In this document: in pieces, positions 1-13,400 of the stretch
Layout: the number at the start of each line of letters is the position of its first letter
Numbering within the stretch: the stretch's first letter is position 1
NCBI RefSeq assembly: GCF_039654945.1
Contig: NW_027361752.1
Location: 30,566,001 to 30,630,000, forward strand
Source of the DNA: Dendrobates tinctorius
Lineage: Eukaryota
Reading direction: 5' to 3'
DNA: 64,000 nucleotides
Position numbers and translations under genes: made by a program
The notes under the pieces: generated by a model
The model's input: the letters and a program-made list of their open reading frames with translations, nothing else
Told to the model about the DNA's origin: nothing
The model's database searches: none

Positions 1-385
1 CTTAGATAACTCTTTCGTATTGGCCATGGTGGATAGGTTGGAGTGTGATTGATTGGGTGTGCTGAAAGGTGTATTTTACACAGTTAATGAGTTCAAACTG
101 GTGCAATTTATCCAGATAATGAGTGCAGAGTAGGAGGGCTTCTTAAAGAAAAACTAACAGGTCTGTGAGAGCCAGAATACTTGCTAGTTGTTAGGTGATC
201 AAATACTTATTTCATGCAATAAAATGCAATTTAATTATTTAAAAATCATAGAATGTGATTTTCAGGGGTTTATTTATGTTTAGACTGTCCCTCACATTTG
301 AAACATATGATAAAAATTACAGACCTCTCCATTCTTTGTAGGTGGGAAAACTTCGGCAGTGTATAAATACTTATTTTTCTCACTG
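1..385 (-). mobile_element. Tc1/mariner (IR/DR type) terminal fragment, cut by the window edge
   Basis: Ends ...aaatacttatttttctcactg followed by TA (386-387). The aaatacttattt motif is repeated (~201 and ~365). Layout resembles the end of the Tc1 at 34492-36980. Confidence 0.8.
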
Positions 386-1339
386 TATATGATTGTGATC
401 AACACTTGTAGCTACAGTACATGACCGGGTATATAAAACTGATCGGTTTATTCAGTAGCATAGATAGAAACATTTACTTTATATTAGCACAAAGCCCCTA
501 AGTAATCACAAATGGTGTTCTCGTATCACTTTGTTTACTAAAACAAACTACAATTAATCACCTAAATTATGGATGATGTATTACAATTTATGAGGCTTTT
601 CATTTTAAATGCCTTATTTGCACTGTACTAATGCTTAGAGACTGTCACATTTTCCTGACTTACATTTTCCATAATCACATCCCAGATGTGGCACAGAGCC
701 AAAAGTTTGCTTTCATTTGTATCTTTTCACTGAAATAACCTTATTTTTGATTTATTACAGAACACTTTCAGAATATAAGAAAAACGCTTGTCTGCCACAC
801 GTTTGGTGATCAACGGTTCATGTTTTTATCTTTAGGGTCATTTTTAGGTATTTTTCAGAATTATCGGCAATTATTTGATATTCACTAGATGCTTTTCCGG
901 TTCTTATATTTGCCAGCCAAGCTTAATGGAAAATATCTAATATTCTGTAATATTATGTGCAGTTATCATATTTTTCTCTCTTTTAACCTTTTGCAGTTCA
1001 CTCATTAGTCTAGCTGCCCCCTATGCTCCTTTGCCAGGTCCTCCAATCCTCTGTTGCATCATATCTTGCACCACTGTTCACTCTAGGCCGGGACTTCCAG
1101 CAGCGAGCAAGCCCCATAGTTTATTGCCCATGTGTAGTTAACTCTGAGGCTTGCTCATGGCCAAAGACCTGGTTTAGGATAAACACCAGTCCAGATATGT
1201 GACACAACGGAGGCTCAGTCTTCCCATGTGTATCGCATTGTCTAAGGTGAAGTTTTCAAAACTATCATTGACCTCATTAAGATGACTAATTTTTCTTGTA
1301 TGTAAAGACAAGGACTGTTGTTTAAAACTGTTTTGGATT

Positions 1340-1906
1340 TGTCACAGACGAGTCAGAGGCAGCAAACTGTTGCTCTGCATCTTGCTGCAGAAAGTCTCAG
1401 CAGTTTGCTTTGCAGACTTCTGCATGGTCCTTCTGACCCTAGTACCCAGTGGCCACTTCCCCCGGCTCTAATTCTTACACCTGGATCTGGGTGTTTATAA
1501 CTCCCAACTTGTTCTTGGGAGTTGCGAGTGAAAATGTCTTTTATTCTTCCTTATTTGCACTTCCCTGTTGAGGTTTTGAGCTCTCTGCTAGCGTATTCTT
1601 TGGAGTTCAGAGGGCGCCGCTGTTTCTCTCTGAGTATACTCAAGCTGTTTCCCTTGTTTTGTCTATCCTAGTTGTCTTTAGATTTAGAGGGGTTCGACCA
1701 GCGGTCACCTCTTCTTTCCCTAAGAAGGACTTACTGCTAGGGTCAGGCAGGGTTTAGGTAACCTGCTGGGTCATAGGGTCTCTTAGGGCAGATAGGGTGA
1801 CGTTAGATCTGCCTAGGAGTCTCCATTCCCCGCTTCCCTAGTGTTGGGCCCCCCATCCCCTTATCCCTTTCTGTTGCACTTTGTCTGTCCTACACTGTGC
1901 ATGACA
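1340..1906. mobile_element. Solo LTR
   Basis: Termini TGTCA...TGACA with a perfect 5-bp TSD GGATT (1335-1339 / 1907-1911); no internal coding region. Confidence 0.85.
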
Positions 1907-2910
1907 GGATTCGAGTTTCCTTAGGGTTTGCTGAGTTTGTCACCATCAATTTTCACCAGTGAAAAAAAGTGAATAAATTACAGAAAATTTCAATTCTGGA
2001 ATTTTGATTTGTGTTTTTTTCATTATTGAGTTTACCTTTGGTTAATAAATGTTATATTTTGACAAACTGGACTTTTACGGATGCAGCAATCCTAAATATG
2101 CTTATTTTTCTTAACGCCTGCATTTTTGGATTTGGAAAGGGTTTTTTTCACTTGAAAAAGTTAATCCAGCATTGAAATGCATTATGGAAATAAAAACCGT
2201 TTAACTCATCTTGGTCACAAGGATTCTTTATTACAGCAGCGCAGCCCAATATCGTGTAAACGTCCAAACTGCTCAATTATCCTGGATGTGATCATCCCCC
2301 AGCCATGTGGCCGCAGCAGCTGATATCATCAGGTGTTCATAGGAGTTGTGCCTGCACACAACCTGCTCAAGTGAACACCTTCCTTTTACTTTCCTTTGTA
2401 GCTAAAAGGGTATCACCTGATGGTCTTGTGCGCTTTTTGTTCCACCATAGCTTTTATGGTAAAATATTTGGCATACCACATCAGGTGCTCCCACAAGCCC
2501 CAACCATTTAAGAGACAGACAATAGAATCTAAATGGTTAAACAGCAGCTCCTTGAAGTTAGCTGTGAGGCCGGCGTCAGACTAGAGAGAAATACGAAGGC
2601 GTGAGAGGCATAAAAAAAACGCATTGCACACGGACCAATGATTCTCTATTGGGTAGCTCCCATCAGCCGTATTTTTATCACGTATTTTTTATGGGCCGCT
2701 TAGCATAGTAAGCCTGTATTACGCCAATGCAATGGGTGCACAAAAAAAATGCATTACACATGGAACACATGTGTGACTTGCGAGAAATACGCAAGACTTC
2801 TCCTGGTGACAGGAAATGGGCCAATCCATCATCAGGAAGCTTAGACATGCAAATTTGCTCAAAAAGTGCTCCAGACCTCCAGGAACTACGCCTCCACGGA
2901 GTACAGCAGC

Positions 2911-4517
2911 ATGTCTACCCACATTAATATGGAGCTGTTGATTGTTTTGGTCCAGGAGAGGCCCAAAATTTGGGACCAACGGGATGCCCATTATTCCGAC
3001 AGGGCCAGAAAAGAGGCGGCATGGAGGCGCATCTGTGTGCAGATGTTTCCCAAGTTTGGGCAATGGCCACGTGAGGAGCAACAACAAATTCGTAAGTAAT
3101 TGCCTTTTTTACCAATCATCTTAAAGGGCATAAGTCACCTTTTTTTAAAGTAGGCCCTAAAATCCTATACTGTGTATGTAGTTATTCCTGTTTGCTAACA
3201 AAAATTTATGAAAAAAAGCACACCCTACTAGGCCACATGACTATGTGAAATGTTAGGAACATTGCTTGGAACATTTCCCAAAGGTTAAAGTCCATTTTCC
3301 CTTCACATTGCAGTTGAGGATGTGATGTGATGAGCATCCGCGACCAGAACCGGCGGGAAAGACAGCAGAGGGCCAGGAGTGGGGCAGCAGCACCGACCAA
3401 GTGAAAATATTTTTATTTTGACCACTTGTCTTTTTTGGCACCCATTATGAATCTCAGACCGTAAGTACAGACATCACACCACATGATATATGCTGTATAG
3501 GGTCAGAGCTACATTTTTTTTTTATTATTACATTTCCTAACAGAACTCAGTCCAACCTCATAGAGAGGGAGACAAGGTCGGATTCTGAGGCCATTATAGA
3601 CCCTGCTGGGGGAGGTGAAGAGGTGGCTGGCCCATGTTCTGACCCGAGCATTTGCAACCCCCAAGCTCCACCAGCACCAGGACCAGCATCAGGTTCTCGA
3701 CCTGGTTCAGAACCAGCAGGGCCACCAGCACCCAGCAACGTCGAAGACCCCGGCAACAGCAGCAGCCCTAATGGCCGTCTTGAGGGCACCCCCCAGCCTG
3801 CAGCCATAGGCCGCCATGGGAGACGGAGAAGAGACAACCCTGCCTCTGATACCCGGAGGCATGTAGACACAGGTGTCCTTAATTACCTGTCCAGGGCTGC
3901 CCAGGATGAGGGTGAAGAGGCATATTCACGAAGCCTGGCCTGGTACCTCCGTTCCGTACCCTGTAAGGTGAGGCTACGTGTGCGAGGATCCATTCAGATC
4001 CTAATTGATGCATGCTCACACCCCAATGACCCATATGAGGTGTTTGAGTATCTTGAGAGGTGGCAGCCCTCACCCCGTTACCACCTCCACCTTGCCCGAC
4101 AACCAGATGTGCATGCTCAATTAGGATCTGAAGTTCTGTCTGCACATGTGCCTACACCTCCACCCATTCCCATTCAAAACCAACCTTGGCCACAACAGGG
4201 CCAAATGGCAGCCTATAACCAACTTGCCCAATATGGCCACTTGTACAGACCCGGTGTTGGAGGCTGGCCCCAACCTGGGTTTGGACGACATTGTCATATT
4301 GGGGGGGTATGATGGACGTGGCTACAATCAGCCACAGGAGTATAATCTCCATTTTTCTTATGGCCACTTTGGCGCGCAGCTACATGACCATGGCCACATA
4401 TTACCACAGGGCCAAGACCATCCACCCCAACAGGGTGATGGTCAAGCTGGGCACCCCAACCCCCAACAAAGAGATGGCCTCCTGCCATCACCTCCGCCAA
4501 GCTACCAGCAGTTGTAA
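2911..4517 (+). pseudogene. Harbinger MADF/Myb-SANT DNA-binding protein, 3 exons (2911-3091, ~3314-3460, 3544-4517), disrupted
   Basis: MADF motif LIVLVQERPKIWDQRDAHYSDRARKEAAWRRIC; gtaagt donors at 3092 and 3461; BESS-like EEAYSRSLAWYLRSVP. Stops in exon 2 and an apparent frameshift at the G-run near 4281-4288. Confidence 0.8.
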
Positions 4518-4834
4518 AAAAAAAGTTGGTTATTTGTTTGCGTTAGCAAATGTTTATTTCTTGTTGCCTATTTGGTTGTCCAAATAATGTGCAATACTGT
4601 ACACAAAAGCCCCAATGTTCAGGGCAATATCTGCCATATGACAAAAATAAGGTAATCACTATCATAAGTTATTTTTTGCATTTACAAAAAAAATTGGAAA
4701 ATGCAACTTTTGGCCTCTTTCATTATTTTAAGCATTCTAATAAGTAATACTACTTTAGGCCATATAAACAGAACACACAAACCATAGGACAGTAAAAAAT
4801 CATATTTATATACACACACATATAAATATCACAA

Positions 4835-5048
4835 CATAGATACATAGTAACATAGTAACATAGTTATTAAGGTTGAAGGAAGACTTTAAGTCCATCTAGT
4901 TCAACCCATATCCTATCCTAACTTGCCCTAACATGTTGATCCAGAGGAAGGCAAAAAAACCCATGTGGCAAACAGTAAGCTTCACATTGGGGAAAAAAAT
5001 TATTTCCCGACTCCACATACGGCAATTAGACTAGCTCCCTGGATCAAC
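4835..5048 (-). mobile_element. CR1 LINE 3' end, 5'-truncated
   Basis: Minus strand ends ggttgaactagatggac...ttcaacc followed by (ctatgtta)n octamer repeats, the typical CR1 3' tail. It sits at the 3' end of the Harbinger transposase. Confidence 0.75.
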
Positions 5049-5049
5049 G

Positions 5050-5904
5050 CAATAATCAACAGCCTGATCTTGCCAGGTAGTAGCACCCTGAGGTGAAACA
5101 AAATACTGGGTGAACACATCACAGACTTTGATTCCTGAGGGAGGACGATGTAAAGGGAGCACATGTGGCCTAGGCCTATCCTCATTGTCCACCACACCTT
5201 CAGCCACATCAGATGAGGAGCAATCATGCAGTCTAGTGAAGTTATGGAGGACCACACAATCTTTCATGACCTCATAGACATTGGCTTCACTCAGCTGAAT
5301 GGCAGACTGAAGAACACGCCATTTGGCACAAAGAATGCCGAAGGTGCACTTCACCAGCACGTGAAAGGCGCAAATTAAAAATCCTGCGCCAGTGGTCAAG
5401 GTTTCTGGGCGGGTATAGCCTCATTACATGCCTGGTTAATTGTACGGCATCATCCCCCACTAGGACATAAGGCACGGCTTCTTGATTTGAGCCTGGCAGC
5501 TGACGTGGTGGTGGTAGGTCCAACTGGTTATTGCGCAGCCGCCGACCCATAATGGAAGAATTGAAGACTTGAGAGTCTCCAGTTCTTCCATAAGCCCCAA
5601 TGTCTACAATTATAAACCTGTAGTTACTGTCAACCAGAACCAACAAAACTACAGAAAAATATAGTTTATATTTATAGAATTGGGACCCTGAGTTCGGCGG
5701 CTTACGCACACGGATGTTCTTCCCATCCAGGGCTCCAATACAATTGGGGAATTGGCAGTGCGACTCTTTGGCTCTGGCATGACCAGTTGATGAAGTCTGG
5801 TCCAGATTTCCGAATATGTAGCCCGAACGATGCCAGATATTATCGATCGCCCAATCAAAAACTCCAGATGGAGTGCGGCATAAGAAAGGGCAGTTGTGAG
5901 GAAC
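5050..5904 (-). pseudogene. Harbinger DDE transposase (HARBI1-like), exon 2, frameshifted
   Basis: Motifs across frames: RFLTT..LHLEFLIGRS, FSVVLLVLVDSNYRFIIVDIGAYGRTGDSQVF, VGDDA, CTFGILCAKWRV, CVVLHNF. AG acceptor at 5905-5906. Confidence 0.9.
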
Positions 5905-6684
5905 CTACAATTAAACAAATGGAGAAAATATATACATTACTACATGCTAAAGGATGCACACATTACATATGGATCACCAGAACAGTGTGTAAGTAAGAAG
6001 CTAGGCTAACACTACATATACACATGTAACACGGCTTTGTAATGTGTAATAAAACATTATAGTACAGATGAGCAACTTTGCCTTTTTTCGGGTCGAGTCT
6101 GGTTTCATGAAACCCGACTTTCGCAAAAGTCGGGTGGAACGAAATCGGCCGACTATAGGGAAAAGTCGGAGGCCAACTGAAACACGAAACCCAATGTAAG
6201 TCAATGGGGAAGCAAAGTCGGCAGGGAGTGGAAGACAGTAAACACACCTACAGTGCCCATTTCAATGCCAAAAACATCAATTCTTATAACTGAAGCTTGT
6301 CAACCTTAATTTACTACCTAATAATAGTTACGCATTGAAAATTGGGGGTTATTTGGCTAAAGTTGGGGGGGGGTTGGGCTGGCTCCAGGTTTTCGTGTGC
6401 CCTGGGCCAAAGAGTGTCAGTGCGCCCCTTTAACACATACCACAACTCATGATGCTCCGATACGCCACAGAAATATACTGTAGGTATAGTACAATGACAC
6501 TGCTTACATGACATGACTGATCTATTTTAAATTGTACAATAGCTCAAAAACAGGACAGTATATTACTCCATACAGTGTTATGGCCACCACATTGTGCGCC
6601 ATACAGAATAATGAACCCCATATATTTCTCCATACCAAATAATTAATCACATATAATGTTCCATACAGTATCTGATGAGCTCCT

Positions 6685-7264
6685 CATAATGCTCCATATA
6701 TAATGGGCCCCATTTGTAATGCTCCAGTGTATAATGTGCCCCTTAGATGCTGCTTCAGTGTCTGATCTGCCCCATTTACATTGCTCCAGTACATGATGGG
6801 CCTCATGGATACATGGATGATGCTCCAGTGTATGATGTGCTCCAATAATGTTCTATATATAATGGGCCCCATTTGTAATGCTCCAGTGTATAATGTGCCC
6901 CTTAGATGCTGCTCCAGAGTCTGATCTGCCCCATTTACAATGCTCCAGTACATGATGGGCCTCATGGATGATGCTCCAGTGTATCATGCGCCCTAATAAT
7001 TCTCTAAATATAATGGGCCCCAATTGTAATACTCCAGTGTATAATGGGCCCCTTAGATGCTGCTCCAGTGTCTGATCTGCCCCATTTACATTACTCCAGT
7101 ACATGATGGGCCTCATGGATGATGCTCCAGTGTATGATGGGTTGCAATAATGCTCCATATATAATTGGCCCCATTTGTAATGCTCCAGTGTATAATGTGC
7201 CCCTTAGATGCTGCTCCAGTGTCTGATCTGCCCCATTTACATTGCTCCAGTACATGATGGGCCC
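6685..7264. repeat. Minisatellite, ~151-bp unit, ~3.7 copies
   Basis: taatgggccccatttgtaatgctccagtgtataat-like motif recurs at ~6701, 6860, 7011 and 7162; units are built from atgctccagt sub-repeats. Confidence 0.9.
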
Positions 7265-7739
7265 TATTTTTAATTAACCCAGGCATGGTATGTGAAAAGA
7301 GCTCCATGGAGTAATCTGAGGTGTGTGCTTCCATATCCTTCACTTTTGGTGTGGGTGAAGGACACAAGGAAAGGGGTTGCTCCTTACAAGAAGCCTGCAG
7401 TTATGACTCAGTGCTTGCATTTTTTACAACTTCAGAAGAGGAAGCGATAGAGCTGTAGGATGTTTCAGCAATGTAAGCCACAAACAGTTCCTGATACTCC
7501 GGCTTTAAAAGCAGTCTACCAACTCCCAGAAAAGGGAGCTTTACAGGCTTTCCAGAGCTACTCTATGATGCTGGCTCAACACCTCCTGCCTTAGCTGCTA
7601 TTGTGTTTTTGGCACTACCAGCAGATGCACCACCACCACCATCAGTACCAGGTGGCCCTCCACTCCCACATCCGCATCCTCATCAACCATACTTCCTCGT
7701 GTTTTGGAAAATGGACCCAAAATACCAGCAGATATATGA

Positions 7740-9470
7740 TACTGTATCAGAAGTGTACAGCTCTATACAGTCTATGGATAACAGTAAATCTCCACATATA
7801 TTTCATGAGGCATACACAGACGCTCACAGGCTCAGCATGGATTACCCAATAAAATAGCAAGTTGAAAAAGGGTACAATATCACCAGATACAAGGTATATA
7901 TACAGTAGTATAGTATAAACATTCTGATTCTCCGTATACATTTCAGGAGGCAGAAATAAATGCTCTCAGGCCCAGTATGGATTACACAAGAATATGAAAA
8001 GCTTTAAATGTGTTATGTAACACAATCATACAGCTGTCTACAGTGTTGGGGTAATCTTAAAGTTCCAAATATATTGCCGGAGTAATAGACAGACGTTTAC
8101 AGGCTCAGTATGGATTACACCAGAATCTAAATAGCTAAAAAGGTTACTGTATCAGAAGCGTTCTACTGTATACAGTGTTGGCAAAATTGAAAATATCGGT
8201 ATATATTTCTGTAGTCACCCTCAGACGCTCACTCAGTTTGGTTTTGACCATAATAAAAAATGTTGTAATAAAGGTCCTGGATAACAAGATAGCAAGTATA
8301 TATTTTTTAAGGTACAATTGGAATCTCCATATAAATAGTCCCGTAGTCACTCTCAGATGCTTACACAGTATGGATTTGACCGTAATGCTAAATGTCAAAC
8401 AAAGGTACTGTATAACAAGGTACAAGCTGTATCGAGTATAGTGTAAAAATTTGTTTCTCTGATTCACCGTATATATAGAAAGCGTAACCCACACACACTC
8501 ACTCACTATGGATGATGTAGGGAAGGTGGACTGACAGACAAACCAGCCTGTAGTGAGAAGCAGAGGTGTAGCGCAGTGTAGGTGTGAAACCGCTAAGATA
8601 AAGAGAAAGGGTGCAGTGTTTTAGCTTGCCCATTGGAGGGCAGTGGAGAGTGTAGGAGTGGGACTGAATAACTGCCATTGGTCAGAGAAACTGTTAGGTG
8701 ATGGTGGGCGGGGTTACCAGAACTGGAAGTATAAAAGGCTGAGGAAAGGTTCTGGAAGAATCAGTCAGCGAAGGGAGCACAGTAAAGAGGAAGTTCTGCT
8801 GAGGAAATAGAGACAGTGGAAAGGCTCCAGAGAGGACTGACAGTTGAGGCGGTCATGGGGGGATGGCTCAGAGGACAGTAGCCGCAGACGAAGACGGCCT
8901 GGGGCTATCATATGGACGGTGTGCTCAGACTGGTGCAGCGCTGTGGTGGTTGGGCCTAGGCCAGCAACAGTGGAAGAGCCACAGAGGACACCACGATTAT
9001 AGTTACAAAGGAAGTGAAGGTACTGGGGCCTGTGTACAGAGAAATGTGAAACGGCTGTGGTGAATTGCTGTTGTCGACAGAAGGATGGGCACTAAAAACG
9101 GACCTGTTCAATACAAATTCTGTCTCAGTCTCGTGTTTGTCTGCGGCAAGAAGAGGGTCCCCCCCACAGTTGGTTATCCTACAGATGATACCTTAATACA
9201 AATTTTTGAAACAAGGTACTGTATCAGCACATACCAGGTGTGTCCAGTCTAGGGTTAAATTTCCGTCTATACTTCCGGAGTCAGACACAGACACTCACAG
9301 ACTCACTATGTATTACACCAGAATTAAAAAAGTAGAAAAAGGGAAAGGTATTCATAGCGTACACCAGTATACAGTGCTGTGGTACTTTTAAATCTTCGTA
9401 TATATTTCAATCTCAGTAAGTCGGTCAAGAATCTCCGCTACTGGAGACTACATGGATACAAGTATAGACG
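7740..9470. repeat. Degenerate tandem repeat (~120-bp units) split by a solo LTR
   Basis: Recurring tactgtatca...acagacgctcacaggctcagtatggattac-like motifs on both sides of 8516-9183. Confidence 0.65.
8516..9183 (+). mobile_element. Solo LTR
   Basis: TGTAGG...CCTACA termini; 5-bp TSD GATGA (8511-8515 / 9184-9188); TATA-like gtataaaa near 8729. Confidence 0.85.
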
Positions 9471-9569
9471 CAAAGTGGAGTGTTAGCAGAAATTTTGGAA
9501 TTAATCATCGCGGGAAAACCTCCCGGTAGATGTTGCAGACCCCCAATTACTGTGTCTGTGGAGAAAGCT

Positions 9570-10003
9570 AAATAGGTTCTTTGTGAAGAAAGGATTGCTT
9601 TATCGCAGTAGCGTGGATCACATCACTGTTACTCGTCTCCATCAAATTGTGATCACAGGGAGAGAAGTACCCATGGTCCTCACTGCCTATCATGATGTGT
9701 CTGGTCATTTTGGAGTGCAAAACACAGAAGTCACAGGCCGTAGGCAATTCTATTGGCTTGGCATGAGAGGAGACATTGCAAAATGGTGGCAAGAATGTCA
9801 CACGTCTGTGACTATCACAACTGTGAAAGGTGATCATAAACCACCACTGCATCCGCTTGCAAGTTGACGTCCATTTCAAATGGTAGCCATTGATCATCTG
9901 ATGGTACAGGCCAGCAGGACAGGCCATAGCTACATCTTAAAAATCATTGATCAATAAACCAAATTTCTAGTGGCCGTCCCTGTGAAGGATTTAACTGTCC
10001 AGA
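9570..10003 (+). pseudogene. Gypsy integrase fragment (H2C2 zinc finger and start of core)
   Basis: GLLYR...YHDVSGHFGVQNT...FYWLGMRGDIAKWWQECH, then PFQMVAIDHL and TKFLVAVPVKDLT after stops. Confidence 0.8.
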
Positions 10004-10431
10004 CTACACAGCGGTGGAGCAGGGAGAGGTAAGTATTGCAACTTGCAAGTGCTGTGGCCATGACCAAGCAGGGGGGGCACGATCGTGGTCGACGGTACTG
10101 GCATAGGGCCCCTCATAGTACGCTGGTGTGTCTGATGGCGAGAAGGCCCTCCCACCGTCTGATACACTGTATTGTACTATGAGGGGCCCTGAGCCATTGC
10201 CGTCGGCCATCAGTGGGCCCATCCACCTATTCAGAGCAATGGCACTTGCCCGGGTGCGCCAGGTCTTGACCCCAGCTGTTGGGGGAAGGGGTGGGTAGCC
10301 CAGTTAAGGAGGTTTAAAAATTGGCATATGTAGGTGTGTTGGCTGGACATTCAGCTGCTGCAAAGGGCGTAATTGGGCAAGTCCGAGGAAGAGGAGGAAA
10401 AAACCAAGGCACTTTTCTGGTAACCTATGTG

Positions 10432-13400
10432 TCATTCAGGGGAAGGTGGGACAAAATCCTTAGAAACCCATGCATGGTTCATTTTAATGAAGGTTACATC
10501 ATCAACATTTTGGGTTGACAGAGGGGTCCTTTTTTCTGTCAGGACTGATCCAGCAGCACTGAAGACTCTTTCAGATAACACACTAGCAGCAGGGCAAGCG
10601 AGCTCCTGTAAGGCATATGGTGCCAATTCAGGCCAGGCGTCCAGTTTAGCGGCTCAATAGTCAAAGGGGAATGACCTCTGAGGGAGAACATCGATATGGG
10701 AGGAAAAGTAGTTTGTAACCATAGTTGACAACTGCTGCCTCCTGTCACTTTTAATCGATGCAGTATTAGCAGTCGTGTGAGCGGTACTTGAGAAATCATT
10801 CCACAACATGGTTATTAAACCCCTGTCTCCCATGCCACTTCTGCTGTGTGCACCACGAACACCTCTTCCATTGTGCCCACTACGGCTCAAGGGAGAACCA
10901 GCACCGCTGCTGTGTGCTGGGAAAGCCTCAAACAAACGGTTTACCAGAGTTGCTTGTTTGCTTGCCAATATTATCTCTAGGTTCTCCTGTGGCATGATGT
11001 TGTGTAATATGCCTTTGTAGCGTGGATCGAGGATGCTGGCAGCCAGTAGTCGTCATCCCTCATCAGTTTGGCAATGCGGGGGTCCCTTTTTAGGATCCGC
11101 AAGGCATAATCGCACATGTGGGCCAATGTTCCAGGTGTCAATGATGCACTGCCACTGCTGGGTGGAGGAGCACTTTCTAGCTAATCCACATCACTACAGT
11201 CACGCACAAACACTGTCCCTGACCTTGGAACACCAACGTTTTCTCTTGCCCCCTGAGAAACATCCTCCTGCCCAAAACAATCATCCCCCTCATCCTCATC
11301 CTCCTCCTCTTCCTCTTCTACCTCTACCTTATCCAGGACAGTTCCCTGACCAGACAGAGGCTGACTGTTATCAAGGCTTCCCTCCTCCTCCTCCGCTGCA
11401 GACGCCTGATCCATAATGTGCGTCAAACTTTGCATGAGCAGACGCATGAGTGGGATGCTCATGCTTATGATGGCATCGTCTGCGCTTACCAGCCGTGTGC
11501 ACTCCTCAAAACACTGAAGGACTTTACAGAGGTCTTTCAGCTTTGACCACTGCACACCCAACAAATTTCCATGTCTTCCCTCAAACTGCCTGCCCAGGTA
11601 TCCTCCCACAAATGCATTACAGCCTGCCTCTGTTCGCACAGCCTCTCAACCATGTGCAGGGTGGAGTTCCACCTTGTTGCAACGTCTATGATTAGGCGGT
11701 GCTTGGGGAGGTGGAGCAATCACTGCAGCTTCTGCATACTAAGTTTATGGAGTGTACGGCCGAGCGACGGATGTGCGAGCACAGTCTTCACACCTTATGG
11801 AGCAGGGATGTTAACTCCGGATCATTATTATGGAAGCACTGCACCATCAGGTTCAAAGTGTGAGCCAGGCAAGGTATGTGTGTGAGTTTTGCACGGGCTA
11901 TGGCTGCCACAAAATTACGGCCGTTATCACTGACTACCTTGCCTGCCTCAAGATGTAGACTTCCCACTCATGACTCTGTTTGTCGCTGAAAGTAGTCGGC
12001 AAGTACCTCCGCGGTGTGTCACCCAAAGACATCATCTTTAACACAGCCTGCTGACGCTTACCACTAGCTGTTCGATAGTGGGACACCTCGTGTGCAACAC
12101 TGCCAGCTGCGGATGTAGTGCTCGTGCGACTGCGCTCTGTGGACGAGCTTTCGCTGATAGACGAGGAGGAGGAGGAGCGAAAGCCTACAGCCAACTCTTT
12201 CCTATACCGTGGGCTAGGCAGCACTGTTCCACCGCCGCTGTCCCCAGTGGAGCCTGCATCCACCACATTAACCCAGTGTGCAGTGATGGACCCGTAACGG
12301 CCCTGACCATGCCTACTGGTCCATGCATCCGTTGTGAGGTGCACCTTTCCACTCACTGTCTGTTTTAGTGCATGGACAATGTGGTCTTTCACATGCCGGT
12401 GGAGGGCAGGGATGGCTTTTCAAGAAAAGAAGTGCCGACTGGGTAGGTCATAGCGTGGGACAGCGTAGGCCATGAGCTTGCGGAAATCTTTGCTTTCAAC
12501 CAAATGGTAGGGCATCATCTCTAATGAGATTAGTTTGGCAATGTAGGCGTTCAAACACAGTGTATGCGGATGAGAGGATGAGAACTTTCTTGTCCTACTC
12601 AGAGTGTCTTGTAGGGTGAGCTGGACTGGAGAGCTGCATATGGGGGAAGTAGCGGTGGACAGGATGGAGTGAGAAGGGATTGGTGATAGTATTGGTGGTG
12701 ATGGCCTCGATTCAGTGTTGTGTTGCAAAACCATTGTGATTCCCTGAGTGCTTTGACCTTGAGACGACACCTCCACATTTAGTGCTGGTGGTGTGCTTAA
12801 TGTTGTGCTTAATGGTGGCGGTGGCCTTACAGTGGGGGTAGCGATGGAGCATTATTGGCTACCTTCAGTCGGAGCAGGTGCACATGTGCTACCTGAGGTT
12901 TTGTAGTCCGTCCACGCTTGCAAGTGCATGTTGATTTAATACCGAATCAGCAATCGAGAAATAACATAAAACATAACTTTTAATAATAAATGTAAAAGCT
13001 ACCAAAGATAGTAGTGCAAATGAATCACTAAATCAAAAACCACAAAAAATAAAGGAGGTAACTGTATGAATCTCTATGACAGATTACTACCAATATATAC
13101 ATGTGGCTATTCCAAGTCCAAAATTTTTGAGAGATTGGACCAGAAAAATACTTGGACTAAACCAGTGCAAAAAAGGCCAAGTAAAAAATGAACAGTTTCC
13201 TTATCAGAGGAACTAAAGAGGCCTCTACCCTGTAAAGGTTATCAAGGAATATGCCTATTCATGTATATAATAAGGACATAACAATAAACCCATCAACAAA
13301 GAAATGTGAAAAGGAAAGATCTCACCACATGAAGATGGAGGATGTCCAGGATCAGATGTCCCATCAGAGTCATATCAGGTCAGGAAAAAAGGGGGATTCA

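Noticed and set aside
2230-2520. GC-balanced stretch with a 68-aa ORF
   Set aside because: No identifiable domain or boundaries.
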